A DNA stretch of 64,000 nt from Camelus dromedarius. Its lineage: Eukaryota. The stretch spans positions 20,090,001 to 20,154,000 of the forward strand of contig NC_087436.1 of NCBI RefSeq assembly GCF_036321535.1. Reading direction: 5' to 3'. Within the stretch, counting starts at the first letter, position 1. Each line of letters begins with the position of its first letter. Below, in pieces: positions 39,721 through 53,563 of the stretch. The notes below the pieces were generated by a model that saw only the letters and a program-made list of their open reading frames with translations, searched no databases and was not told the DNA's origin. The position numbers and the translations under genes were made by a program.

Positions 39721-41113
39721 CACGAACGAGGCGCTCTATTCATTATTCCATTAAGAGAAACACTGAAGTTTTTACACTAATTTAAATGGGAACATTTAAT
39801 GATTGATGACAACAGTTTTGGCTTATGAACAGAAATTTTGGAAACTAGTTATACTCATTTATCAAAGCCTGAGGATGTACTTCATAACTTTCAAATGATT
39901 TCTCAGTGCATGAAGTATGATTATCTAACAATCTTAAGATATAAGAGTCGTAATTAATGTTTGAATTAAGGGCAGACTACATGGGGGAGAACTTGGGCTT
40001 GGGTTCTTATGAAAAACCACAGATGAAGTCCATTAATCAATATTTACTGGTCACCTGCAGAAAACACAATGAGAGTTTTTGGCTTAAAAATCCCCTGTTT
40101 AAAAAAAAAAATCCATTGTATAATTTCTAAGGGGATTCGATAGATTCTGTTTTCTCACTTTTAAAAATCTTTCTTTTGTGTAACTTTCACATCATACAAC
40201 TTGAATGTTTTTGAACTTGAAGGCAGTTACAGTGACTTTTCAAATAGACACATGCCAATTAAAAAATGTCACCCCTCCAGCTTAACCAAACATAGTAACT
40301 GTTTGCTGGGCCCCCACTCAGGTGACAGGTATGACAAGCAGCACTTTGCATCATTGTCCCTAATCTTCACAACGTCCTTGAAGAGTATGTCTCCCACTTT
40401 CCAGGGGGAAAATCCCGGACAATCTGGAGAACATCACAGAGGTCACCATGGAGGGAGTGCAGGGGCCAGGATTTGGATACAGGCTTCTGGCTCAAAGCCT
40501 TCCTCTCTCCCTTACCTCATCTTGCTCCCTGTCTTCTGAAAGACAGATGCTAGAGCCTGGAATATATATAGAAACCCTCCCACCTTAAAGAGAGATCAGT
40601 GTCACATCCCATCGGGATTGGCTTCTCGACGGCTCACATTTTGAAATGGTTTCCGGGCACACGGGGATTAGCGTCAGAGACCTTTCTTAGTGGTGTTGCC
40701 TATAATTCCTTTATAGGAATTACTTCTCCTCTAAAGGTTTATCTTGTCTCTTTCCTCTCCAAAGGACCTCTGCTAATTGAAGCTTCTAAATATATTTAGG
40801 CAAGTGCAGGGGTGGAGTAGGAACACTGGTAGGGCCCTGAGTCCATGGATTTTATTAGATACAAATGAGCTATTAATATCGGATGACTGGTGAGGGTAGA
40901 ATTTGCTGTGTACTTAGGCAGACACCCAGGGCGGAGCGGTGCCAGTTCACCCGACGAGGAATCTGCCCTCCCAGAAGTAGAAGAGTAGCCGTCCACATCC
41001 CAACTGGAGGAGACAAAATCACACCACCAAAATAAATCCCGGCCTGCAAAGGGATAAACAAGAATCTGGAACGTGGAAGTACACAGGAGAAGAATGGCTG
41101 ACGCAGTGGTAAA

Positions 41114-41128
41114 GGCGCCCCCTGGAGG
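41114..41128 (-). promoter_or_regulatory. CTCF-type motif CCTCCAGGGGGCGCC (reverse)
   Basis: Plus-strand ggcgccccctggagg, in a locally CpG-enriched patch. Confidence 0.55.
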
Positions 41129-41789
41129 AGAGGTCCCAGTGGGGTGTCCCCTCAGCAGATGATGTCGAGTCAGGGTGGAAGCAAGCACGGGAGAGTGGCT
41201 TTGAACCCCTCGGGGTTAGCAGCACCCTAAGATGGGCGGGGGCAGTTCTAGGTCCGAGATCAGGTGTGGCCAGCATTCAGGCAGAATAACCCAGGATGGA
41301 ACCTGGAATAAAGAAATGGTTTTAGCTTGGGAAACCACCAGGGTAAGAGATGCCCTTACAAGCAGCTGGTCTCTAATTTAGGGGTGATGCAGGGAGTCAT
41401 GTAAATGAAAATCAGTATTGATCAGCACCTTGGAAACACAATTATTTAGCAAATAGGATACAACTTGCAATATAGTCACCTCAAGATTCTTCTGTCAAGA
41501 ATCCACAGACGGTCTCTTCGCTGGAAGCAAATGGACAAGATTGATGTTTTAACATCAGCTGAGCTACACACTGGGCACTGCTTTTTTTCCTTTTTGCTTT
41601 GCCAGAGCTCACTGAATTTTTCTTTACTAGAATGTTCATTATTGTTGTTGGGATTTTAAAAAGACTTTTACTATGTTTCAAGTCATCTACCACCTTCCAG
41701 AGCTACTGAGAACCCTACCGCCCCACTGTATTGAGAGGCATGCATTCATGAAACCCTCCGGGTCCTCATCACTGTTGCCGCCAAGCCGT

Positions 41790-41995
41790 TGTTAAGCATT
41801 CACTGTGTGCCTGGCTCTATGCCAAGTATTCAGTGGCCATTACACAACCTATGAGAGCATGGCTATTATTTTTCCATTTTTACAGTTAAGGAGACTGATG
41901 CACAGACATTAGTTCACTTGCCTGAAGTGATGCAGCTCAAAAGTGATGGAGCCTGTAAAACAAGTCCACGTAACTCCTGTGCCCTGACTCTTAAC
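41790..41995. mobile_element. MIR SINE
   Basis: aagcattcactgtgtgcctggc...ccattttttacagttaaggagactgatgcacaga...cacttgcctgaagt. Confidence 0.6.
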
Positions 41996-42510
41996 TGTCA
42001 CATCTGCATGGGATGGAAATAAGACAGAGGCAACTCTATCTGACCCAAGACCAAGGAGAAGAACATTTTCTCTCTCACGTTCTCAAAGGATGTCTAGTCC
42101 TAGGACGTCTAGTCCTAAAGGGGAACAGCAGCTCAATTTCAACTTTTTTCTTTTCTCTTTATTTTCCCCTTTTAAAAACTTACTCTACTTTAAGGGATAA
42201 AGAGAGTTGAGCTGTGTTACTTTGATTTATTTGGTTTTCCAATTAAGGGGGGAATTTACCAATTGTCAGCTTTTTGCGAAAGTCTTCCTTAGAGAAGTCA
42301 GTCCCAAGCTTTTAAATATAATACAGCCTTTAAAATATCATGGTACCTTTCAATGATGACGGCCTCTCAGTTGCCAACACTGAGCTTCCAGATCTGCTGA
42401 AAACGTTCTCCGTTCCAATACTTGATAACTGTAGGCCTGAGGAGTCCCTGCAGCACCTTTTTTTGGGGTCCATTGCCTTAAAAAACACTTAAGAATTATA
42501 GAAGTGTAGC

Positions 42511-42633
42511 GGGGAGGGAATAGCTCAGTGGTAGAGCACATGCTTAGCATGCACAAGGTCCTGGGTTCAATTCCCAGTACCTCCATTTAAAAATAAATAA
42601 ACTTAATTACCTCCTCTTCTAAAAAGAAAAAAA
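42511..42633 (+). mobile_element. tRNA-Ala-derived SINE (Vic-1-type)
   Basis: GGGGAGGGAATAGCTCAGTGGTAGAGCACATGCTTAGCATGCACAAGGTCCTGGGTTCAATTCCCAGTACCTCCA plus tail; degenerate TSD taagaattatagaagtgta / taagagttacaaaagtgta. Confidence 0.9.
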
Positions 42634-44059
42634 TAAGAGTTACAAAAGTGTAACTGTTACACAGTCACCAGACTCAAGAAAAATAGACCTTTTCTATTTG
42701 AAAGCTCTTCAACTTTCACATTGCTCCCTCTTGGACCCTGGGATGAATCGATGGATCGCCCTGAGTCTCTCTGGCTTTCTTTTCCACTTGTCTTCCCTTG
42801 CAGAGTCACGTTCTTCTGGATTTCTGACGCTTTTTAAGTTTTTTTTTTTCTTCCACTACTGTGGCTCTGCTGGTGCCTTGCCCTGAGTCCACAGTCACCT
42901 TCGCCAGCGTCTCCTGCATCACCCTAGCTGACCCCAATGTCCACGCCGTTAGACCACATCATTCGTGTTTTACGGCGTGCCTACCGTGCGTTAAGCATTA
43001 CCTGGTAACACAATGATGGACAAAACCTTTTAACTCCACTCAGTCTACTTCCAGGTTCCTTGATTTTCACTCCTCCAGTGACTTTCACGACTCGACCCCA
43101 CACAGCACCCTTCACGAAGGGCCATGGTTCAGGATTTGCTGTTTGAGATGTAGCGTTCTCAAATTTCTGGGTGACGCAGTGAGCGCAGGCTGCGGGCATT
43201 CACCCCGAACGTGCTCTCTGGCTGGTTTCTTGTCCCGCGCCACCCAGGTCATCGTTCCAGCGATGGTCACCAGTCCCCTGGAGTTTCCCCAGGAGCTCCT
43301 GGTCAGTCCTTAACTCTAGGAATTCTGCCACATTCTTTTTTTCTAATCCGCCCCCCCCCCCCGAATTCCAGAGCTTCTGTGGAACCACGCGGATGGGATC
43401 TACTTCAAGGCCACGTCACCCCCCTCAGCTGTGCCGCCGATGCTCTCTCCCCAGTGCTCGAACTGACGGCTGGTGTAGTCCTCTCTTCGCAGCAACTGCT
43501 TTGACCTCGCCACGCTTCCTCAGCCCAGCCTCCCGCCTTGCCCCGGCCGACCTCGCCAAGCAGGCGGACATCCCCCCAGAGGCGTGCGCTCTGCTCTGAC
43601 ACAGCCTTCCTCACATCCGCTCCTCTCTCCAGCCACCCTACGCGGTTCTCTTTCCTCGTCTCCTCCTCACCACTCAGCTCTTCGAGAATCAGTGCTCTCG
43701 GCCTCCACTTTTTCAGTGCAGACTCTCTAATCCTTACAACTTGGCTTCATGCACCCCCTCCCCAAGCCCTCTAAGGTCTCCAGGGACCTCCTGAGCCTGA
43801 GCACAATCCTTCCGCAGTTACACTTAGAAGGCTCCCCCTTCTCAGTCCATACTCTTCACACGGCTTGTTCAGCCCTCCCTGTCGGCACGCTTTCCTTGGC
43901 TTCTATGACCTTCCCTAATTTGTTAGCTCTTCTCTGCACCTCGTGTGTACACTTCATTGTAGATTCTCCTGGACCCTGGACTGTCCTAACCATTTCTAGG
44001 TTGAGATCTCTAGGAGCTAAACTCGTAGGGAAAAAAAAAATCCCATTTAAAAAATTCTT

Positions 44060-44201
44060 TTAAATGAATTATTTTTATTTATTTTGGGGGTGGGTGGGTA
44101 ATTAGGTTTATTTATTTATTTAATGGAGGTACTGGAGATTGAACCCAGGACCTTGTGCATGCTAAGTCCACACACTCTACCACTGAACTATACCCTGCCC
44201 T
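44060..44201 (-). mobile_element. tRNA-Ala-derived SINE (Vic-1-type)
   Basis: Same head and tail; flanking aaaatcccattt repeat. Confidence 0.85.
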
Positions 44202-46600
44202 CTTAAAATCCCATTTTTTTAGTATAACATGGACAAGATCTTCAATGACGTGGCTCGTTTTTTCTTCTCCATTCTTTTCTTTACCATCGCTAATTGCCCC
44301 ACACTCTAGCTGCACTGCATCACTGTCCCTAGACGTGCTGGGCTCTTCCACATTCTGCCCTCTCTGCCTGGCACACGTCCTCCCCTACATATCCTGTGCC
44401 CAGATCACTCCTGGTTGGCTCACTAGACTGAGCCTGGAGGCACCATCTCCTCTGAGAAGTCTTCCCTTACTCGTCTGGTCCTGATTATGTCCCCTTCTGT
44501 GCTCCTCGCTGTCACAGCACGTGTCACTGTTTATTCATGTGTCTGCCTCTCAGCACAGGGCAGGCTCCTTGAGGGCGGGGCTGAGGATTTGCCCACGTTT
44601 ATACCCAGCACGGTGGCTGCACAGGACTGGTGCTGGTAACTGCTTAGCCAATCGGAGCCAGTCATCATCTCTCTACTAATAAGACCAACCTTTAGACCTG
44701 AATTTCCTACAGCCTGCTGAACAGCTCTCTGCCAGATTGTTGTAAAACTAATTTACTTTTCAAGGGTTAGGATGGATGACTTTTACCTTCTTCTTTTGTT
44801 TTTTCTTGGACTTTTAAAATCTTGAGTGAACAACAATTGTTTGGGTTAAAAGGAAATTATCTATAAAAATGATCTTTAAAAAGTCAAATTATGTTCATAC
44901 TGCATTGCTTAAATCACATTTGCTTGCAGGTAATAAAAACCCAAATCAAACTACATGAAGCATAAGAAGGGTTTCTCCGTAAAGATTCTGGTGTGTCCCA
45001 GGATAGCCACGAACAAAAACGTGGCAGTACTTGGTAAATCCCAGACCCGGGAACCCAGATGCCCTGAGAACCCTGTCTCTCTCTGTAGCCAGCCCAGAGA
45101 GCAGAATTGATGGCAGGAGACATCTCTTAATTCCCAAGGTTTACTATAGCTTCCACCAGGCACAGAAACACTCTCTTCCTTCTTACAGTCCCAGAACAGG
45201 CTCCCGCCTGGACCACCTGACAGTGGCCAGAAGGAACATCACATTATACTGCGTGGCAAATCCCACAGTCACCCTGTGGGTTGGAGGCATGTCTTTAGAA
45301 ATTGGTGGGCAGTTTTATATATCCATATATTATACATATATAAATATATATGTTACATATCTGTATATATACGTACACAAATTTGGGAAAAATGGTTATC
45401 TTTTTTCTCGTTCCTATCCCCTCCTCCTTCTCTTGATCTCCAATCACACATATGTTGGACAAACTGAAATTTCCTCATGGATTACTGAGGCTTAGGTACT
45501 TTTTAAAAACACTATTTCATTAAATTACCTTGCTATGCCTGAAAAAATTAAAAAGAAAGAAAGAAATTGGTGGGCAGGTGCTGGAATGTTCCAAACTACA
45601 GGTATCTGTCACACATACTTCTAACTCAGGCTGTTGTCTTGCTCCAGGTTTTCTCCAAATATCAAAATGCTTCCATCCCTCCAGGTTCAACCCTAAACAC
45701 CACTTTCTCTGTAAAAAACCTTTACTGGGTTCCACTTGGCCAAGCCCCAACTCTTTTTCCTTTACTCTGTGCTCCTCTGTACTTTTTTCATTCTGCCTTA
45801 TTTTACAGTAATTTTATATGTCTGCAAACTGACAAGGGTAAGAATATAATGGAATTAACTCTAGATTTTTAAGTCAGACCTGAATTGAAATTGATTCCCA
45901 TACTACCTAGAGCTAGGTGACTTGTGACAAGTTATTTAGCTTCTGAACTAGTTTCCTCATTCATTAAAAAAAATGACATGAGGAGTCAAGGATGGAGTAG
46001 AAACTCACATGTTCTTGTGAGGATGAAGGAGATGTGTGGACACCCAGGCACGGAGCCTGTCAGTGGACACTCACGAATTGCTTCTCCCTTTGGGTTTCTC
46101 TCACAGGACTGTGACGTCCTTGCAGTCGGGGCTTCCCACTGTGCTTACTAAATGCTTTAAAGGTAAGTATGTCTCCATCAAACGTTTGTTGATTTGAACT
46201 CTTTTTAACTTGTCTTCTGAGCCAGACCTGGTCAGTAGTATTAATACTCACTGAGAGGTTCTAAGGGCTTTGCCTGTATTGACTTAATCTCCATGATAAC
46301 CCGGGAGACAGGCTTTATTGCCTCTGTTTTACGGATAAGGAGACAGGTGCATAAAAGTTCAGAAGTCTGCTGGAGGTCAAATACTATGAGGTGGTGGAGA
46401 GAGGCAGGGGTGCCAGGGCCCCCTGCTTCTAATCACCCCAGCTAGCGAGTGGTTTCTTAGGGGCGGAAAGTATGTCTTCTGTGAAGCAGTTCACGTTGCT
46501 TTTGTTTGTTTGTTTGTTGAACTAGCTTACGTTTTTTCTAGTAATAACAACAAAGAGTTGTTTTGACTTTTTCATCCCTTTAATTAAAACTTCCAGGAGA

Positions 46601-47533
46601 AAAAATGGGCTGAAGACCTAAACAAACATTTCTCCAGTGAAGACACACAAATGGCCAACAGGCACATGAAAAGACGCTCAACATTGCTAATTATCAGAGA
46701 AATGCAAATCAAAACTACCATGAGGTATCACTTCATACCGGTCAGAATGGCCATCATTAAAAAGTCCACAAATGATAAATGCTAGAGAGGCTGTGGAGAA
46801 AAGGGAACCCTCCTGCACTGCTGGTGGGAATGTAGTTTGGTACAGCCACTATGGAGAGCAGTATGGAGGTTCCTTAAAAAACGGAAAACAGACTTACCGT
46901 ATGATCCAGCAATCCCACTCCTGGACGTATGTCCAGAGGAAACTCTTAATTCAAAAAGATACATGCACCCCAGAGTACACAGCAGCACTACTTACAATAG
47001 CCAAGACATGGAAACACCTAAATGTCCATTAACAGATGACTGGATAAAGTTGTGGTATATTTATACAATGGAATACTATCCAGCCATAAAAATGAATAAA
47101 GTCATGCCATTTGCAGCAACATGGATGGACCCAGAGGTTGTCATACTAAGTGAAGTAAGCCAGAAAGAGAAAAATACTAAAATCACTTATATGTAGAACC
47201 TAAAAAAAGGACACAACTTATTTACAAAACAGAGACTCACAGACATAGAAAACAAACTTATGGTTACCAGTGGGAAGGGATAAATTGGGGATTCAGGATT
47301 TGCACATACTAACTACTTTATATAAAAAACAGATAAATAACAAGATCCTACTGTATAGCACAGGGAACTATATTTAATACATTGTAATAGCTTATAATGA
47401 AAAAGAATATGAAAAGGAATAAGGAATATATGTGTGTGTGTGTGTGTGTGTGTATAACTGAATCACTATGCTGTACACCAGAAATTAACACAACATTGTA
47501 AATCAACTATACTTCAATTAAAAAAAAAAACCC
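46601..47533 (+). mobile_element. 5'-truncated L1 (ORF2 C-terminus + 3' UTR) with 15-bp TSD
   Basis: [40 protein letters not shown] is the L1 ORF2 C-terminus; TSD aaaacttccaggaga at 46586-46600 and 47534-47548. Confidence 0.93.
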
Positions 47534-48864
47534 AAAACTTCCAGGAGACTTAAAAACTTCTATGGCTGATGACAATGATCCTAAGATTTTACCAAAAATA
47601 TAAATAATTGCAGTTGAGCATCAAGGGCTGATTTATGCACCACGCTACCAGCTCCTCGGGTCCTGGACCCAGTAGGTTTCAACTTCCTGGACGATCTGGG
47701 AGTGCCAACTGGTAGATCTCCAAGCTGGCTGCCAGCATTGCCACACCAATTAACCACTTGCATAACTGTCCCAGTAGGCAGCCCCAGGGAGTCAGGGAAA
47801 GCCCAAATTAGCTGTCCACTAGGAATATGGTGAAAAATCCTGACCTGAGCTCTTTATTCTTAAGACAATTTCCAGTTATATTTCATAGTTGAAGCCCAAG
47901 AGTTTTAATGATTAATCTCCTTTGAGCAGAGCTCACTGATAACCATCGTGTATCCAGATCACCTGGGCCAGGAATGACTTGGCAGGTAAGGGGGAAAATA
48001 GCAACCCCAGCTCGCACAGCAGCTGTGTTTCCCAGGTATTCTCTTCTCACACACATTTTTCTTCCAATAGATCTTCCCCTGAACTTTGTGATAAGGACAC
48101 AACATTATCTCCATTTCACAGATGTGGACTTGGAGGTTCATAAAAGTGAAACGGCCTGGGAAAGCATGTGTGAGTTTGTTATAATGAAAGTCTTCCATCC
48201 AGGGCTTTCTATACGTACATATACTGTCATGTTTCTGGAGACAGCAAAATGCAGTCAAAATTTCAGCTTGGTCATAGTCAGAGGAGTAAATGGGGCTGAT
48301 AAATACCTCTGGGAAAGAGGTATAAAAATGTACAGGAGAAAGAGTGGCATGTATCTGGCCAGGGAAGAATCTGAGTCCCCCCTAATCTGTGTCCTTCGTG
48401 GGCAAACTTCTTCTTGGGGGTGGGGTGGGCCGGGAGAGAGGGGACGGGATCGTCCCAGACCCACGTAGATGGAGACGCACTGTCTCTCGCTTAAGTTTTA
48501 GTTCTTGTTCCTCCCCCATCTGAAGTCTAGAAACTGGTACTTTCGGTTGACTGAGTGGTATCCACCAATGATGGCTGCTGCTGCTGAAATTCCTCACGTA
48601 AAAAAGTTTGCATGTTTAGATCTGGAATTCCAGATTTTGCAAGTTAGCATTTTCTTAATTTTTCAAGTTCCGTATGTCCTTTCTTTTCTGATTTAAAGTG
48701 ACTCTACTCTTTTCATGATTCAGTCTCCCTGTCTCTGTAATTTAGTCTTTTTAGTAATTTGGTTTGTCATATTTGGCAAAGGAGATTTGAGAAAATTCTC
48801 TCAAAAGAGTAGTTAATTTTTTTATCCTAAAATCTAGTGTGTGAATAAAGGAAACAACAAATTT

Positions 48865-50088
48865 TTAATCAAAGTAAGCAATAACGACAGGTTTATTTAA
48901 AACTTCCAGTAGAGAAAACCCACTAGTTTTGGAATAAAAGTACTTGATGTACGAGAGCGTTAAGTGAATATAAAAGATTAGCAGAAGAAAAATAAAACCA
49001 AGCATAGTACAAAAAAATTTAAAAAGTTTGAAATGGATTTAAAGAGGGATGTTCTTTAAATCCTCCAGATATTTAACAGAGTTACTAGGTTTGGCAAACA
49101 ATTCACTTGAAAATTAAAGCCTATATCTGTATTGTAAACTCCATAAAAATTGCTTATTAAATTCAAGCACTCCATACAATTGGTATTGAAACGTACAGGA
49201 AGTCAATTTCAGAATAGCAGGAATTATTCATTTGCTCTCACAGTTACATGAATTAACCAGCTGCATAACTGTTTTTTTGGAGAGGACGGGATAGAAGATG
49301 CAAAAAAAAAAAAGTAGTAGGATAAAATCTCTAAAAAATTGAAACACAGCAAAATTCAGACATCAGTTTGTTTCTTTAAAGCAACAAACTGAATTTTACA
49401 GTATATTCTACATTTGTCATTTCCCACTCCCCCCACCCCCTCCAATACTCCTAAATCCACTAGTCTAATCAATTCCTAACTTCCAAATATTCTGTACATA
49501 TATATTTAGCAAAGAGCATATGCCTAACATTATTCTGACAGCAGTATGGTCAGCATACAATTTTAGGAAGGTTACTATGTATATCATCAAGATTAACCTT
49601 TACTTAAAAAACAAACAAACAAAAACCATTACTAAACAAACAGTTTTAAAATATTATGAAAACCCATGAAGAGAAGACTCCACACGGGCTCTAAACCTGA
49701 TAAAAACACACGTCAGCAAGACTATTAATGCTAAACTTCTGCCACACGATGACCTTAAAGTGCCAAACACAAAAGAATCTCTTAGGACCGTTTTTCCAAT
49801 AGATGATTTGTCGCTGGCTTGGCCATCTCTCCTTTAACTATATGCAAAGTCCTGCGAAAAGTATGCATTTTAGTTGACTTTACAACAGAACGTTACAATG
49901 TAAACTAAACAGGTTCTCGATATCAACAGTATGTTACCAAGCTTTTAAAATTTCTGAATCCAACAGTTGGTCGCAGAGGTCAAGTATGATCAAGGCTCCG
50001 TTGTCAGTTCTCGAAGGTGTCTGACTCATCCATCCTTCAAGTACATGCAAGGCTCAATAGTTTTCAAGAGGCAGAAGCCCGAGGCCGT
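48865..50088 (-). other. SMAD1: SMAD1 3' UTR (~1.2 kb, end approximate)
   Basis: Repeat-free, AU-rich stretch between the stop codon and the poly(A) signal. Contains miR-26, miR-155 and miR-30 seed matches. Confidence 0.8.
48892..48897 (-). terminator. SMAD1: SMAD1 polyadenylation signal AATAAA (second hexamer ATTAAA at 48864-48869)
   Basis: Plus-strand tttatt = AATAAA on the minus strand, followed on the minus strand by GU/U-rich sequence (ttgttgtttcc). Confidence 0.75.
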
Positions 50089-50232
<144 letters not shown>

Positions 50233-50696
50233 CTAGAAACAACACTGGAGGTCATTTAACTTGCTTAAGTCAGTGCTTAAACTTAGGGAGCAAAAAGAGT
50301 TCACATAATCAGACATTCCGATTAAAGACAGGGTTCTCTCCACAAAACAACTGCTTTGTGTGCATCAACGCACACACATGACTTGGTAGGCAATTCCACA
50401 GCTCCCCAAAGTCCACACGTAGATTCCAGATTAAGAGGTACTGGTCTTGGGGAGTGAAAGGTTTAAAATACATTATCAGACTGTCTTAATAAAGATATTT
50501 TCTTTCCTTTTCCTTGCCCATTATGTTACTGATATTGTAATAGATACTGTTAAATTCTCATTTTATCATCAAGAAAATAAGGAAAAAGGCATGGTAGATG
50601 AACTGACATTCTATTTCCTCCTATTTTGCCACTGAAGCACATACATATCCAAAAATCAATTAGTAATAACTAACCATTGCCTTGAATCAATAAATT

Positions 50697-50825
50697 GTTT
50701 TTTTTTTTGGAGGCGGGGGGAATTAGGTTTATTTATTTATTGTTGGAGGAGATACTGGGGAATTAAACCCAGGACCTCGTGCATGCTAAGCATGCGCTCT
50801 ACCACTTGAGCTATACCCTCCCCCC
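50697..50825 (-). mobile_element. tRNA-Ala-derived SINE (Vic-1-type) in the last SMAD1 intron
   Basis: Same head (gcatgctaagcatgc anticodon arm) and tail. Confidence 0.88.
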
Positions 50826-53254
50826 AATAGATTCCATTATTCTTTTGTACAAGAAGGTAGCTTGCCAGACATCTTCAGAATGACTGAATTAGGACATGGA
50901 AGTTGACAGAAGAAAGTCCTTAGGCAAAAAAACTAATTTTGCCATTGCAAACATCAAAACCTCATTGGTGTGGTGGACGATGGAAAATGAGGTTCTGATA
51001 AATAACTGTTTCATGAGAGATGTCAGAGAAGGTTGGGTACCATTTATCTCTGCTAACTACTTATTTTCAGGAATTTCAAGAAATGTATCTGAATATCAGA
51101 ACTTTCAGGAGAAAGCTGTGATACATGAACTGCTTATGTATAAACATCCATTCATTTTTACATATTATCAACAACCTGCTAAGTTTAATTAAAAGGTTTG
51201 TTTATGTGCATGTTCCCCGCATTAGACAGTAAGTTCTTTGGAGGCGGGGACCAGATCTTACTTATCTTTGATCTCAAATATCTGGCACAGTGATCGGCAC
51301 AAAGCAGAAACTCCAGAAAAACTTGTTCAGCTGAAATGACTTACACATTTTTCAGATATGGGGAGTTTACTGTGCAAATAATTTATCAAATGCATGTTTA
51401 TATTAAAGTCTCAAATTGATCATCTTTAAAAAATAGTACAAAACTGGCTATTAATATTAGTACAATTTTCTAAATCCTTTCTCTAAGAGATTAAGTATGA
51501 GAGGGCAAAGTGTGCAGTCCTTGTGATAATAAAGAACACTACTGTACCATGCACAAATCTTTTGTTGCCAACATATAATGAATAGCTGCCCTTCATCATG
51601 TCAGCAGGAGTTAAATAAGGAGTTATTAAAATAAAAATAAGATGTTTGTTTAACTCTCCAAATTCAACTTTCCAGGTATACCCATCACAGCTTGTGTTAC
51701 CCTTCATTTCACTACTTATCACTTCATTATTAAACACAGACCAGGCCATAAGCATCTTGAAGCTAGAGACTTGAGGGGCTTTTTCATCTTCATGTTAATT
51801 CTTTGGAATAGGGCTAAAAATGTTTGCTGAATGAATGAAACCTCTAATACATTTTTAATGTGTATTTTGCATTATAAACTTTTTATCAACGTAAAGGTTG
51901 TTTTTACTTGTGTAAAAGTAAATAATTAAAAATGTGTAAAAGTAAAATCATTAAAGTAGACTGAGTAATCGATAAGAAATGAGTTTGAGGAGAAAGCCAG
52001 TTGAAGCATCAGAGTCATAAATTCTCCTAAATTCTTCCTTTCTCCAAATCAGTAAAAACAACAAACAAAACAACAACACTGGCAAAAAAAAAAAAAACAA
52101 CCAAAAAACCAACACTGGCAAGTCACTGTCCTCATTTTAAAATTCATCTTAGTCAAAATGCTAAGTCAAAAAATAAACAGTGCACGTTAATAACAGATGA
52201 GAAAGCTCTTTGTAGTCTCACAGGTACACAGCATATAGGTAAACCTCTTTAAAAGGTTAAAAAAAAAAAACCAAAAAACCTCTTTCAACACTAAAAAGGT
52301 ACCACACTAGACTATATGGATCTGTTAAATCATGTTTCAAGGAAACAAACACTAAAAGAACACACTGAAAATCTGCTACTATGACTCAAATAAGTAGGGA
52401 AGAAATGATACTCAGGGAAAGATATCTTTGCTGTAAAGGATGATTAACAAAGTGAAGTTCCAAAATTACCCTCTGTAACAAATGCATCACAGAACGGGTT
52501 TAACAACAAGTTTGGTGAGCTTCTGAAGACAGGACATAAAAGATTGCCTCACCCGAATATATAATTAGTTTTGTTTCTCAGGGTCACAGAGGAGGAAAAT
52601 TTATCTTTGAGGATTCAGAGACAAGTCAGTCAGCCACTAGAATAAGTTACTGACTCATACATTTAATTAGATATTTAAATTTTTTTACATTTCCATGGCA
52701 TCTCAAAGCTCACAACATGATCTGAGCGCTCAGGCAGGAGCCTTATTAACCCTCGAATTATCAGACCATCACAAGCTTTACTGGAACCACCAAAAAAAAA
52801 AACTGACCAGTCAAAAATAAATCCCAGGGTGATGCACTTTTATTTTCACAGAAAAGATCACTTGCTTACTGCTGAAACAAAAGCAACAAGTGTTACTAGC
52901 GTAAAAGTACTAAAAACACAAAATGAAAAAAAAAAAAAAAAGAGGGGTGTGAGTTTATCGAGCTGAACTCATAAGACAACCAGGCATTTAAATTATATGT
53001 TACATACATAACACGACATTCTAACTAACAGTATTACAATAGCTAAAATAGTGCCATTTGCATAAGGAAAAGTTAGTAAAGCCTGACATTTAACACAAGC
53101 ACTCGTACATTCCAGTGATAGTTTCCTAATAGCTGACACCCTTGTTAAAGTTTAAAAATGCCTAGATAATAAGCTGGCTTCTGTGGACACATATCAAGAG
53201 GACACAGATTTACATGTAACACAGGGGTGCCTTAAACCCTGATGGGAGGACTCA

Positions 53255-53563
<309 letters not shown>

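Noticed and set aside
42088..42117. 15-bp tandem duplication gga(t/c)gtctagtccta containing GTCT SMAD-box cores
   Set aside because: Simple slippage duplication; GTCT is too short to be informative.
42511..42586. tRNA-Ala(AGC)-like sequences as true tRNA genes
   Set aside because: They have SINE tails, TSDs and broken acceptor stems, and occur as 11 dispersed diverged copies.
47974..48468. 164-aa plus-strand ORF downstream of SMAD1
   Set aside because: Overlaps a MIR-like segment (ccatttcacagatgtggact); no recognisable protein signature.
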